From Alphaproteobacteria bacterium (GTDB lineage Bacteria > Pseudomonadota > Alphaproteobacteria > UBA828), in the NCBI GenBank assembly GCA_965221125.1, contig CBDCRW010000007.1:672001-736000 (forward strand): a stretch of DNA of 64,000 nt. Direction: 5' to 3'. Within the stretch, counting starts at the first letter, position 1. Every line of letters starts with the position of its first letter. The notes below the pieces were generated by a model. That model had not been told where the DNA came from. It saw only the letters and a program-made list of their open reading frames with translations, and made no database searches. This document shows positions 30,148 through 39,471 of this stretch, piece after piece. Made by a program: the position numbers and the translations under genes.

Positions 30148-31524
30148 ATGAACCTCCATCGGATGCTTGAGGATCGCGCGCGGGCCAGGAAGCCCGTGCG
30201 GGTCGGACTGATCGGCGCCGGCAAGTTCGGCACCATGTTTCTCGCTCAGGCCAGGCGCACGCCCGGCTTCCACGTAATGGCGGTGGCCGATCTCGTCCCC
30301 GCCCGCGCCGACGCCGCGCTGGCCCGTGTCGGCTGGGCGGAGGACGAGCGCCGGGCGCGCTCCTTCGCCCAGGCCCTGCAGAGCGGCGGCGCCTGCGTCA
30401 CCGACGACGCGTTCGCGTTAATCGCGGCCGAGGACCTCGACGTGGTGATCGACGCGACCGGCCATCCCGCCGCCGGCATCGCCCATGCGCGCGCCTGCTT
30501 CGCCGCCGGGCGCCACGTGGTGATGGTCAACGTCGAGGCCGACGCCCTCGCCGGGCCGCTGCTCGCCAGGGAGGCGGAAGAGGCCGGCGTGGTCTATTCG
30601 CTGGCCTATGGCGACCAGCCGGCATTGATCGCGGAGATGGTGGACTGGGCGCGCGCATCGGGGCTCGATGTCATCGCGGCCGGCAAGGGCACCCGCTATC
30701 AGCCGGGCTTCCACCATGTCACGCCCGACGACGTCTGGACCCACTACGGGCTCACGCCGGCGGAGGCCGAGGCCGGCGGCATGAACCCGCAGATGTTCAA
30801 CTCCTTCCTCGACGGCACCAAGTCGGCGATCGAGATGACCGCCGTCGCCAACGCTACCGGCCTCACTGCGGCGCCGGAGGGGCTCGCCTTCCCGCCCTGC
30901 GGGGTCGACGACCTGCCGTCGGTGCTGAAACCGCGCGCGGACGGCGGCACCCTGCATCACAAGGGTCAGGTGGAGGTGATCGCGAGCGAAGCGCGGGACG
31001 GCAGCGCGCTCGACGGGCACCTGCGCTGGGGCGTCTACGCGGTGTTCGAGGCCGGCACCGACTATGTCGCCGCCTGCTTCCGCGAGTACGGGCTTTGCAT
31101 CGATTCCACCGGGCGCTACGCCTCGATGTACAAGCCCTATCACCTGATCGGGCTGGAGCTTGGCATCTCGGTGGCGAGCGCCGCGCTGCGCGGCGAGCCC
31201 ACCGGCGCGCCGACCGGGTTCCGCGCCGATGCGGTCGCCTGCGCCAAGGCGCACCTGCAGTCGGGCACGCAGCTCGATGGAGAAGGGGGCTACACCGTCT
31301 ACGGCCGGCTGATGCCGGCGGCGGCAAGCCTCGCCGGCGGCTACTTGCCCATCGGCCTCGCCCACGGAGTCAGGCTGACCCGCGCCGTGGAGCCGGACAC
31401 GCCGCTGACCTGGGCCGACGTGACGGCCGACGAGGACGACGCGGCGGCGGAGGCAGTCCGCACCCGGCGCGCGATGGAGCAGGCGTTCGCGCCGCAGGCG
31501 TCGCCCTCGGCAGCGCTGGCCTGA
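30148..31524 (+). CDS. NAD(P)-dependent oxidoreductase with C-terminal SAF domain (homoserine dehydrogenase-like)
   Basis: GLIGAGKFG, MVNVEAD, GDQP, DGTKSAIEM, PYHLIGLE and LDGEGGYTV motifs. Confidence 0.9.
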   Translation: MNLHRMLEDRARARKPVRVGLIGAGKFGTMFLAQARRTPGFHVMAVADLVPARADAALARVGWAEDERRARSFAQALQSGGACVTDDAFALIAAEDLDVVIDATGHPAAGIAHARACFAAGRHVVMVNVEADALAGPLLAREAEEAGVVYSLAYGDQPALIAEMVDWARASGLDVIAAGKGTRYQPGFHHVTPDDVWTHYGLTPAEAEAGGMNPQMFNSFLDGTKSAIEMTAVANATGLTAAPEGLAFPPCGVDDLPSVLKPRADGGTLHHKGQVEVIASEARDGSALDGHLRWGVYAVFEAGTDYVAACFREYGLCIDSTGRYASMYKPYHLIGLELGISVASAALRGEPTGAPTGFRADAVACAKAHLQSGTQLDGEGGYTVYGRLMPAAASLAGGYLPIGLAHGVRLTRAVEPDTPLTWADVTADEDDAAAEAVRTRRAMEQAFAPQASPSAALA

Positions 31525-31536
31525 GAAGAGGGAGCC

Positions 31537-32361
31537 ATGCCCAAGCATCTTTCGCCGGACGCCATCGCCCGGTACGAGCGCGACGGCTTCTATTTCCCGA
31601 TCCAGGTGATGTCGGCGGCGGAGGCGCGCGCGATCCGCGCCGATGTCGAGGCCGCCGAGCGCCACTTCGCCGCGCGGGGGGAGCGGCTGCGCCACCGGCC
31701 CCATCTGGTCGTGACGGCGCTCGACCGGCTGATCCGCAACGAGACGATGCTCGACGCCGTCGAGGACCTGCTCGGCCCCGACATCCTCTGCTGGACCTCG
31801 CTCTTCTTCACCAAGAACGCGCACGACCCCGCCTTCGTCTCCTGGCATCAGGATTCGACCTACTGGGGCCTCAGCACGGCCGACGTGGTCACCGCCTGGA
31901 TCGCGCTTTCGCCCAGCACCGTCGAATCAGGCGCCATGCGGTTCGCGCCCGGCACCCACAAGCTCGACCAGATTTCCCACCGCGAAACCTTCGGCGAGCA
32001 CAACCTGCTGACGCGCGGCCAGATCGTCGAGCACGAGGTCGACGAGGATGCAGCGGTCGATGTCGTGCTGCAGCCCGGCGAGGCCTCGCTGCACCACGTC
32101 CGCCTGATTCACGGCTCCGGCCCCAACAACGCCGACGACCGGCGCATCGGCTTCGCCGTCCGCTACATCCCGACCCATGTCCGCAACGTGGTCGGCCGCG
32201 ACTACGCGGCGCTGGTGCGGGGCGTCGACGAGTACGGCCACTTCGATGTCGAGCGCCGGCCCGCGCGCGACCTGGAGCCCGAGGCGCTGGCCGCCTACGA
32301 GGCCGCGAACGCCACCCACAACGCCGTGCTCTACGCCGGTGCGGCCCAAATGCGCGGCTGA
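31537..32361 (+). CDS. PhyH-family Fe(II)/2-oxoglutarate dioxygenase
   Basis: WHQD, TAWIAL, HGSGPN and RRIG motifs. Confidence 0.92.
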   Translation: MPKHLSPDAIARYERDGFYFPIQVMSAAEARAIRADVEAAERHFAARGERLRHRPHLVVTALDRLIRNETMLDAVEDLLGPDILCWTSLFFTKNAHDPAFVSWHQDSTYWGLSTADVVTAWIALSPSTVESGAMRFAPGTHKLDQISHRETFGEHNLLTRGQIVEHEVDEDAAVDVVLQPGEASLHHVRLIHGSGPNNADDRRIGFAVRYIPTHVRNVVGRDYAALVRGVDEYGHFDVERRPARDLEPEALAAYEAANATHNAVLYAGAAQMRG

Positions 32362-32424
32362 CCCGGAGTCTCCCGCTGCTTTTGCGCGTGTGCTGGCGGG
32401 CCTGGATTTCCGAGCCGAGCTACC

Positions 32425-33252
32425 TCACGCGTCGACCCAGGGCGGGTCCCTGAAATCGTCCCAGGTCGCGCCGATGCCGGAATCGACAGGAATGGCGGCG
32501 CCGGTGATACCGCTGGCGAGCGGAGACGTGACGTAGGCGATGGCCGAGGCGATGTCCCGTGAGGTGAGAACGCGCCCCAGCGGGTGACGCGCGGCATAGG
32601 AGCGGAGCACCTCGTCCCCGTTGGGGATGGTGGCGAGCCGGCCCTCGAGCAGCGGCGTGAACGTGACGCTCGGGCACACGCAGTTCACCGTGATGCCGTC
32701 CCGTGCCAGGTCGAGCGCGGCGGCGCGCGCCATGTTCAGCAATGCACCCTTGGACGTGCAGTAGGAGAACATGCCGTGCTCGGCCTGCAGCCCGTCGAGG
32801 CTGGAGAGCAGCACGATGGCGCCCGCACGGCGCGGGCGCATGTGGCGCGCGGCCTCGCGCACCACGAGAAAGGACCCGCGCACGTTGACGCCCATGACGT
32901 GCTCGAAGTCGTCGACCGGCGTCTCGAACACCGGACCGCCGTCGCCGAGCACGCCGGCGCATGCAACCGCGACGTCGATGCCGCCCAGCGCACGCTGCGT
33001 CGCCTCGAACGCATCGACCACGGTCCGCTCGTCGCCGGTGTCTCCTTCGATGGCGAGCGCGCGGCGACCGATCGCTTCGATGCGCCCGACGGCTGCGGCG
33101 GCCGCGCCCGGCGTCCAGTCCAGCACCGCAACGTCGGCGCCGAGATCGGCAAGCGTGAGCGCCGTCTCGAGGCCAATGCCCGAGCCGCCGCCGGTGACAA
33201 ACGCCGTCCTGCCGTCATGGGAAAGGCCGGGATGAGTCGTTCTCTCGGTCAT
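32425..33252 (-). CDS. Short-chain dehydrogenase/reductase
   Basis: TGGGSGIG and YCTSK motifs. Confidence 0.92.
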   Translation of the reverse strand: MTERTTHPGLSHDGRTAFVTGGGSGIGLETALTLADLGADVAVLDWTPGAAAAAVGRIEAIGRRALAIEGDTGDERTVVDAFEATQRALGGIDVAVACAGVLGDGGPVFETPVDDFEHVMGVNVRGSFLVVREAARHMRPRRAGAIVLLSSLDGLQAEHGMFSYCTSKGALLNMARAAALDLARDGITVNCVCPSVTFTPLLEGRLATIPNGDEVLRSYAARHPLGRVLTSRDIASAIAYVTSPLASGITGAAIPVDSGIGATWDDFRDPPWVDA

Positions 33253-33340
33253 TGCGGTGCGTCCTTGTCGCTCGTGTCCCGATGGATCGGTTCCCGCCCG
33301 CCGAGAACGCCGTCGCTCGGCAGGCGCGCTATTCCGCCAC

Positions 33341-34174
33341 TCACTTCACGGCTCCCGCGGTCAGCCCGCGCACGATGTAGCGCTGCACGAAGAGCGAGAA
33401 GATCAGGATCGGCACCACCGTCACCACGCCGACGGCAGCGGCGATGTTCCAGTCGATGGGCCGCTGCGCGCTGACCAGCGTGGCGGCGCCGAGCGCGATG
33501 GTCTGGAATTCCCGCGAATCTATGACGTAGAGCGCAACCAGAAATTCGTTCCAGATGAAGATCGCGCCGAAGAGCGACGCCGTCACCAGACCGGGGCGCA
33601 CCATGGGAAGCATCACGCGCCACAGCACCTCGAAGCGGGTGCAGCCGTCCATGATCGCGGCGTCGTCGATCTCCTGCGGGATCTCGTCGAAGAACCCGAT
33701 CATGATCCAGACCACCAGCGGCAGGGAGAACGCGATGTAGGGCAGGATCAGCCCAAGATAGCTGTCCTGCGTGCCCACCCATTGCATCATCAGATAGAGC
33801 GGAATCGCGATCGCAATGGGCGGCATGAAGCGCATGCTGAGGATCGTGAACGCGAGATTCTCGTTGCCGCGAAAGCGGAAGCGGGAGAAGGCGTAGGCCG
33901 CCGGCGTCGCGATCACCAGCACCAGCACCGTGGTGGCTCCCACCACGATGAGCGAGTTGATGGTGAACTCCAGCATGCCCTGGCTGAACAGGACTTCGTC
34001 GTAGTTCTTCTTGATGCGGGACCACTTGAAATCGAGGGTCGGCGGCACCTGTGCCAGGATCTCGATGCGCTTCTTCGTCGAGAGAACGCCGAGATAGACG
34101 ATCGGCGCGATGCCGGCGAGCCCCAGCATGATCAGCACGAGGTAGGCGAAGGCCCTGCCGATCTTCCGCTTCAT
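33341..34174 (-). CDS. Carbohydrate ABC permease (MalG-like)
   Basis: AAYAFSRF, EIDDAAIMDG and WNEFL motifs; start MKRKIG overlaps the upstream stop. Confidence 0.92.
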   Translation of the reverse strand: MKRKIGRAFAYLVLIMLGLAGIAPIVYLGVLSTKKRIEILAQVPPTLDFKWSRIKKNYDEVLFSQGMLEFTINSLIVVGATTVLVLVIATPAAYAFSRFRFRGNENLAFTILSMRFMPPIAIAIPLYLMMQWVGTQDSYLGLILPYIAFSLPLVVWIMIGFFDEIPQEIDDAAIMDGCTRFEVLWRVMLPMVRPGLVTASLFGAIFIWNEFLVALYVIDSREFQTIALGAATLVSAQRPIDWNIAAAVGVVTVVPILIFSLFVQRYIVRGLTAGAVK

Positions 34175-35088
34175 TTCGCGTATCCCGGCCGTATCTGGAC
34201 GAAGCGCAGCAGCACGATCGTGCCCACCGCGAGGATCAGCAGCATCATGTACGAGACCGCGGCGGCATAGCCGTAGTTCTGCCACTGAAAGCCGTTCTGA
34301 AACGAGAAGAAGCTCAGCGTGGTCGTGCTGCGTGCCGGCCCGCCGTAGCTCAAGCCGAAGATGAGGTCGAAGGAGCGGAAGGAATCGACCGCGCGAAAGA
34401 CCGCGGCGAAGATGATCGCCGGCATCAGGAGCGGCAGCGTGACATAGCGGAAGGTGGCCAAAGGCTTGGCGCCGTCGGCGATCGCCGCCTCGAAGATCTC
34501 CTGCGGCAGCGCCTGCAGGCGGGCGTACACGATGATAAAGACGAACGGCGTCCACTGCCACGATTCGACGAGGATCAGCGTCGGCATCGCCATCTCGATG
34601 GAGCCGAACCAGTTCGGCGGCTCCAGGCCTACCGCCGCGATGCACCAGTTGATCAGCCCCCAGTCAGGGTTGAGCAGGGCCCGCCACATCACACCCACCA
34701 CGATAGGCGTGATCAGCATGGGCAGCACCAGGATGCCGCGCACGAGCCACGCACCCCTGAGGTGCAGGTTGAAGAACATCGCGAGTGCCACGCCGAGCAC
34801 GACCTGGATGGCCAGCGAGGCGCTCACCATGACCGCGCTGTTCTTGGTCGCGTTCCAGAAGTGCGGGTCGCGCAGCAGGTCGCCGTAGTTGGTGAGGCCG
34901 ACCCAGTCGCCGGTGCCCGCGGCGGCGGTCAGGTCCGTGAACGAGAGCCGCAGGCTGTAGAAGAGCGGAAAGATCGCGAACGCCAGGAGATAAAGCAGGG
35001 TCGGCGCGAGGAGCAGCCATACGACTGTCCCCGGCCGATCCAGCCTTCCCAGCTTCGTGCCGAGCCGTTCGCGACCGGCGGGGTTCAT
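34171..35088 (-). CDS. Carbohydrate ABC permease (MalF-like)
   Basis: WQWTPF, EAAIADGA and FRSFD...GGP motifs. Confidence 0.92.
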   Translation of the reverse strand: MNPAGRERLGTKLGRLDRPGTVVWLLLAPTLLYLLAFAIFPLFYSLRLSFTDLTAAAGTGDWVGLTNYGDLLRDPHFWNATKNSAVMVSASLAIQVVLGVALAMFFNLHLRGAWLVRGILVLPMLITPIVVGVMWRALLNPDWGLINWCIAAVGLEPPNWFGSIEMAMPTLILVESWQWTPFVFIIVYARLQALPQEIFEAAIADGAKPLATFRYVTLPLLMPAIIFAAVFRAVDSFRSFDLIFGLSYGGPARSTTTLSFFSFQNGFQWQNYGYAAAVSYMMLLILAVGTIVLLRFVQIRPGYAK

Positions 35089-35128
35089 CCCGTGATCGGG
35101 TTACGCGCGGTGTCGATCTTGCGTCCGC

Positions 35129-36568
35129 CTATGCGAGGTGACCCGCCTTGCGCAGAACGTCCTCCCACTGGGCCTGTACGTTGTCGCACGCTGTCTTGGC
35201 GTCCTGCGCGCCGATGAGCGCCGCGTTGAACTCGACGTTCATCATGGCGTTCATCTGGAAGAACTCCGGAATGCGCGACGTCGGGATGGTGACCGCGTTC
35301 TCGATGGCCGACAACGCGTGCTCCAGGTAGGGGAACGTCTCGAGCAGCTCGGGATCCGTGAACGCCGAGGTCCGGTTGGCGTCGATGTTGTAGGCCTCGA
35401 TCGAGTAGCGGTTGATCCGCTTGTTGGTGACCCAGGTCAGCGCCCGCCAGGCGGCGCCCCTCTTGGAGGGATCGATGTTGGCGGGAATGCCGACCCCCCA
35501 GCCGCCCTGGATTGCGCTCGGCATGTGCCCCGGCCCCGCCGGCACCGGCGCGGTCCCCGTCACGTCGGCGACAAGCGAGTTCTCCTCGTTGAGGACCGGC
35601 CCGGCAATGGTCGACCAGAAGATCATCTGCGCGATCCTGCCGGTGGAGAAGCCGTCCACGTTCTCGGCGAAGCCGTACTGCGTCACGTTCTTCGGCGCGT
35701 AGGGCAGGTAGTCGATGAGCATCTGCAGCGCGTTGATGCCCTCCGGTGAGTTGATCTGCGGCGTAAAATTCTTCTCGTTGGGGTCGCCGCTCATCAAGCT
35801 GCCGCCGGTGGTGATGAAGCGCGTGTACCAGTCCACCGTGGCGAGCGAGAAGTCGTTGGCGCCGATGAAGCTGCACCCGGCCACGTCGTCGCTGTGCAAC
35901 GCCTGGGCGGCTGCCATGAACTCGTCCCAGGTGCTCGCCGGCTGCAGCCCGGCCTCCTCGAACAGGTCCTTGCGGTAGAAGTAGATCACCGACCCGGAGT
36001 GCAGGCCGGGCACGCCGTAGACGTCCGTGCCCTTGCCGACCGTCCCCGTCGCCATGTCGTAGTAGCCGACATTCCTCATGGCCGCCGGAATGAAGTCGTC
36101 GAAGTCCCAGTCGGGCGGCGTCTCGGCCGGGTCGTCGATGAACTCGTTGAGCTGCATGAAGTAGCCGCCGCCGACCTGCTGCGTGGTCAGGAATCCCAGA
36201 TACTCGATCAGCTCGAACGACGACTGCTCGGCCTTGAGGTTCTGCAGCGTCTTCTCGATCAACGGGCCGAGGGCCGGCGCCGAGACGATCAGATCGATTC
36301 CGGTCTCCGCCTTCATCTCGGGCAGCAGGTCGTCGAGCGCCCGGTGGTCGTTCTCGTCGCCGGTCATGAGGATGTTGATCTCGGTCCCGGCGTATTTCAT
36401 CGGGTCGTAGTCGGTGGCGAACGCGCTGCGCGCGCCCACCAGGCCGGGAAGCGCCGCAGCGGTGACACCCGCCGCGCCTGCGCCCTTGATGACTTGGCGG
36501 CGATTCACCCCGCCTCGCATGTCCTTGCTCGGATCGCCCGTCCGGCCAGACGTGGTCCTCTTGGCCAT
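35129..36568 (-). CDS. Carbohydrate ABC substrate-binding protein with Tat signal
   Basis: NRRQVIK Tat motif; YRKDLFE and TWDE motifs; GGGGAGG RBS before ATG 36568. Confidence 0.9.
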   Translation of the reverse strand: MAKRTTSGRTGDPSKDMRGGVNRRQVIKGAGAAGVTAAALPGLVGARSAFATDYDPMKYAGTEINILMTGDENDHRALDDLLPEMKAETGIDLIVSAPALGPLIEKTLQNLKAEQSSFELIEYLGFLTTQQVGGGYFMQLNEFIDDPAETPPDWDFDDFIPAAMRNVGYYDMATGTVGKGTDVYGVPGLHSGSVIYFYRKDLFEEAGLQPASTWDEFMAAAQALHSDDVAGCSFIGANDFSLATVDWYTRFITTGGSLMSGDPNEKNFTPQINSPEGINALQMLIDYLPYAPKNVTQYGFAENVDGFSTGRIAQMIFWSTIAGPVLNEENSLVADVTGTAPVPAGPGHMPSAIQGGWGVGIPANIDPSKRGAAWRALTWVTNKRINRYSIEAYNIDANRTSAFTDPELLETFPYLEHALSAIENAVTIPTSRIPEFFQMNAMMNVEFNAALIGAQDAKTACDNVQAQWEDVLRKAGHLA

Positions 36569-36597
36569 GGTTTCCTCCCCTTGGATTCTTGTTGTCG

Positions 36598-36613
36598 GCA
36601 CTTGTCGTGCCAA
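36598..36613 (-). promoter_or_regulatory. Candidate sigma-54 promoter
   Basis: TTGGCACGACAAGTGC has the GG-N10-GC spacing and lies about 30 nt upstream of the binding-protein ATG. Confidence 0.5.
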
Positions 36614-36828
36614 TCGCCAGCAACGCTATCACCGAAGGAACGGGCGAGTCACCCGATTGCCGCGTGCAGATCGTGCGGGCATTCGGGGAGGCGTGGACTC
36701 TTCGCGCACCTCCGCGCGAGGCAGACCGTGACCGTGGCAAGAAATCCGGGCTAGAGTTGGAGGTTGCAGCCGCTGGTTGCGCGGTACTGGTATCGCGCGT
36801 GTGGAGCTGCTGTCGTGAAGGACGCCTG

Positions 36829-38010
36829 ATGGGTGCGATCGGTCTGAGCGGTGTCAGCAAGGTCTTTCCGGACGGCACGGTCGCCGTCAACGACGTCGAC
36901 CTCGAAATCGACGACGGCGAGTTCGTGGTGTTCGTGGGCCCTTCGGGGTGCGGCAAGACGACGTTGCTGCGCCTGATTTCCGGGCTCGAATCGATGACCT
37001 CCGGTCAGCTCCGCTTTGACGGCGAGGTCATCAACGACGTTTCGCCCCGCGAGCGAAACATGGCCATGGTCTTTCAGAACTACGCGCTCTATCCCCACAT
37101 GAGCGTGCGCCAGAATATCGCGTTCGCGCTGCGCGTGCGTAAGTTCCCTCAATCCGAGATCGACGAGCGGGTCAACGAGGCGGCCCGCATACTCGACCTC
37201 GGCCAACTGCTCGACCGCAAGCCCAAGCAGCTCTCCGGCGGCCAGCGGCAGCGAGTGGCGATGGGGCGCGCCATCGTCCGCCATCCGGGCGCGTTCCTCC
37301 TGGACGAGCCGCTCTCCAACCTGGATGCCAAGCTCAGGGTTCAGCTGCGCGCCGAGCTGCGGCGCCTGCACGCGCGGCTCGGCGTGACCACGATTCATGT
37401 CACCCACGACCAGGTCGAGGCGATGACGCTGGGCGACCGCGTCGCCATATTCTCCCACGGCTCGCTGCAGCAGTACGATACGCCCCAGGCGCTCTATCGC
37501 CGGCCGGCCAATATCTTCGTGGCCGGCTTCATCGGCAGCCCGGCCATGAATTTCATGGAGGCGACGCTTGCGAGGAACGGCGCCGAGAGCACGCTGTCGG
37601 TGGGGGCCGCAAAGCTCGTGCTGGGACCGGCGGCGGTGGCCGCGAACGCCCTGGATGCGGCGAACGGCGCGAAGGTTCTCGTGGGTATCCGGCCCGAGCA
37701 CCTCGGCTGGCGCTACGCGGAGGAGGGCGCTCCCGACGCGCTGCAGGCCCGCGTCGAGCTCAGCGAGCTCATCGAGCCGGAGGCCCATGTCTCCGTGTCC
37801 CTGACCGATCCGGACATCGTCGTTCGGATGGCCGACGAATTCGTCGGTGACACCCCCGACGAGGGGGCCACGCTGGCCGGCGACGATGGCCGCCTCCTGA
37901 CGCTGCGCGTGCCGGCGGATCGGGTTCCCGAGCGGGGGAGCGTCGTCGACCTCGTCACGGATGCGGACCGCGTCTGCCTGTTCGACATCGCGAGCGGAAA
38001 CAGCCTCTGA
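36829..38010 (+). CDS. MalK/UgpC-like ABC ATP-binding protein
   Basis: GPSGCGKT, FQNYALYPHM, LSGGQRQRVAMGR and DEPLSNLD motifs. Confidence 0.95.
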   Translation: MGAIGLSGVSKVFPDGTVAVNDVDLEIDDGEFVVFVGPSGCGKTTLLRLISGLESMTSGQLRFDGEVINDVSPRERNMAMVFQNYALYPHMSVRQNIAFALRVRKFPQSEIDERVNEAARILDLGQLLDRKPKQLSGGQRQRVAMGRAIVRHPGAFLLDEPLSNLDAKLRVQLRAELRRLHARLGVTTIHVTHDQVEAMTLGDRVAIFSHGSLQQYDTPQALYRRPANIFVAGFIGSPAMNFMEATLARNGAESTLSVGAAKLVLGPAAVAANALDAANGAKVLVGIRPEHLGWRYAEEGAPDALQARVELSELIEPEAHVSVSLTDPDIVVRMADEFVGDTPDEGATLAGDDGRLLTLRVPADRVPERGSVVDLVTDADRVCLFDIASGNSL

Positions 38011-38145
38011 CGCGCACTCTGGCCGGCAGCCGACGCGGCCAGTTGCCGAATCATGACGTTTTGGTAAGGCGCGGCACTCTTCATTGCGCTTTGCCGCGGC
38101 GTTGGGCATAAACGCGGCGCGGTCGATCGGAGCGAGGCGACGGTC

Positions 38146-39462
38146 ATGCGGCGCTCACGTTACTTCTTGCCGACCCTGAGAGAGAACCCGGCCGAGGCGC
38201 AGATCGCGTCGCACCGGCTCATGCTGCGCGCCGGCATGATCCGGCAGTCGAGCGCGGGCATATACAGCTGGCTGCCGCTGGGCCATCGCGTGCTGCGCAA
38301 GATCGAGCAGGTGGTGCGCGAGGAGATGAACGCCGCCGGCTGCCAGGAGATCCTCATGCCGGCGATCCAGCCGGCCGAGCTGTGGGAGGAGAGCGGCCGC
38401 TACCAGGACTACGGCAGGGAGATGCTGCGCATCACCGACCGGCACGACCGCCCGATGCTCTTCGGCCCCACCCACGAAGAGGTCGTGACCGACATCTTCC
38501 GCCAGTCCGTGCGCAGCTACCGCGACCTGCCGCAGAACCTCTACCAGATTCAGTGGAAGTTTCGGGACGAGCTGCGCCCGCGCTTCGGCATCATGCGTGG
38601 CCGCGAGTTCTACATGAAGGACAACTACTCCTTCGATATCGACCACGCGGGCGCCGTGCGCTCCTACAACAAGATGTTCGTCGCCTATCTGCGCACCTTT
38701 GCCCGGCTCGGCCTCACGTCGATCCCGATGCAGGCGGAGAGTGGGGCCATCGGCGGCGACTACAGCCACGAGTTCATCGTGCTCGCGGATACCGGCGAGA
38801 GCGCCGTCTATTGCGACCGCGCCTGGCTCGACACGGACCCTCTGGCGCTGGGGATTGACTACGAGGCGGACCTGCAGCCGATCGTGGACGAGTGGACCCG
38901 GCTCTACGCCGCCACCGACGACAAGCACGACTCCGGCGCCTGCCCGGTGCCGGAGGACGCGCTCTACCAGGGGCGCGGGATCGAGGTGGGCCACATCTTC
39001 TACTTCGGCACCAAGTACTCCAAGGCGATGGGCGCCACGGTGACGGACCCGGACGGCGCCGAGGTCGCGGTGGAGATGGGCTCCTACGGAATCGGCGTCT
39101 CCCGGCTTGCGGGCGCGATCATCGAGGCGAGCCACGACGAGGCCGGCATCGTCTGGCCGGAGGTCGCGGCGCCCTTCAAGGTGGGCCTCATCAACCTGCG
39201 TGTGGGCGATGCGGCGTGCGACGAGGCGTGCGAAGCGCTGTACGCGCGTCTCGTCGAAGCGGGAGTCGAGGTCCTCTACGACGACCGCGACGAGAGGGCC
39301 GGCGTCAAGTTCGCCGAGATGGAGCTGATCGGGCTGCCCTGGCAGGTGGCGGTCGGCCCGCGCGGCGTGAAGTCGGGCACGGCGGAGTTGAAGGCGCGGG
39401 CCGGCGGCGAAGCCGAAGCGCTCTCGTTCGAGTCGGTGTCGGCACGCCTGATCGGGGGCTAG
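38146..39462 (+). CDS. proS: Proline--tRNA ligase (short alphaproteobacterial type)
   Basis: [39 protein letters not shown] and MGSYGIG motifs. Confidence 0.98.
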   Translation: MRRSRYFLPTLRENPAEAQIASHRLMLRAGMIRQSSAGIYSWLPLGHRVLRKIEQVVREEMNAAGCQEILMPAIQPAELWEESGRYQDYGREMLRITDRHDRPMLFGPTHEEVVTDIFRQSVRSYRDLPQNLYQIQWKFRDELRPRFGIMRGREFYMKDNYSFDIDHAGAVRSYNKMFVAYLRTFARLGLTSIPMQAESGAIGGDYSHEFIVLADTGESAVYCDRAWLDTDPLALGIDYEADLQPIVDEWTRLYAATDDKHDSGACPVPEDALYQGRGIEVGHIFYFGTKYSKAMGATVTDPDGAEVAVEMGSYGIGVSRLAGAIIEASHDEAGIVWPEVAAPFKVGLINLRVGDAACDEACEALYARLVEAGVEVLYDDRDERAGVKFAEMELIGLPWQVAVGPRGVKSGTAELKARAGGEAEALSFESVSARLIGG

Positions 39463-39471
39463 CCCGGGCGC

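Noticed and set aside
31537-32361. Possible SyrB2-like halogenase
   Set aside because: It retains the HxD carboxylate (HQD); halogenases have HxA or HxG.
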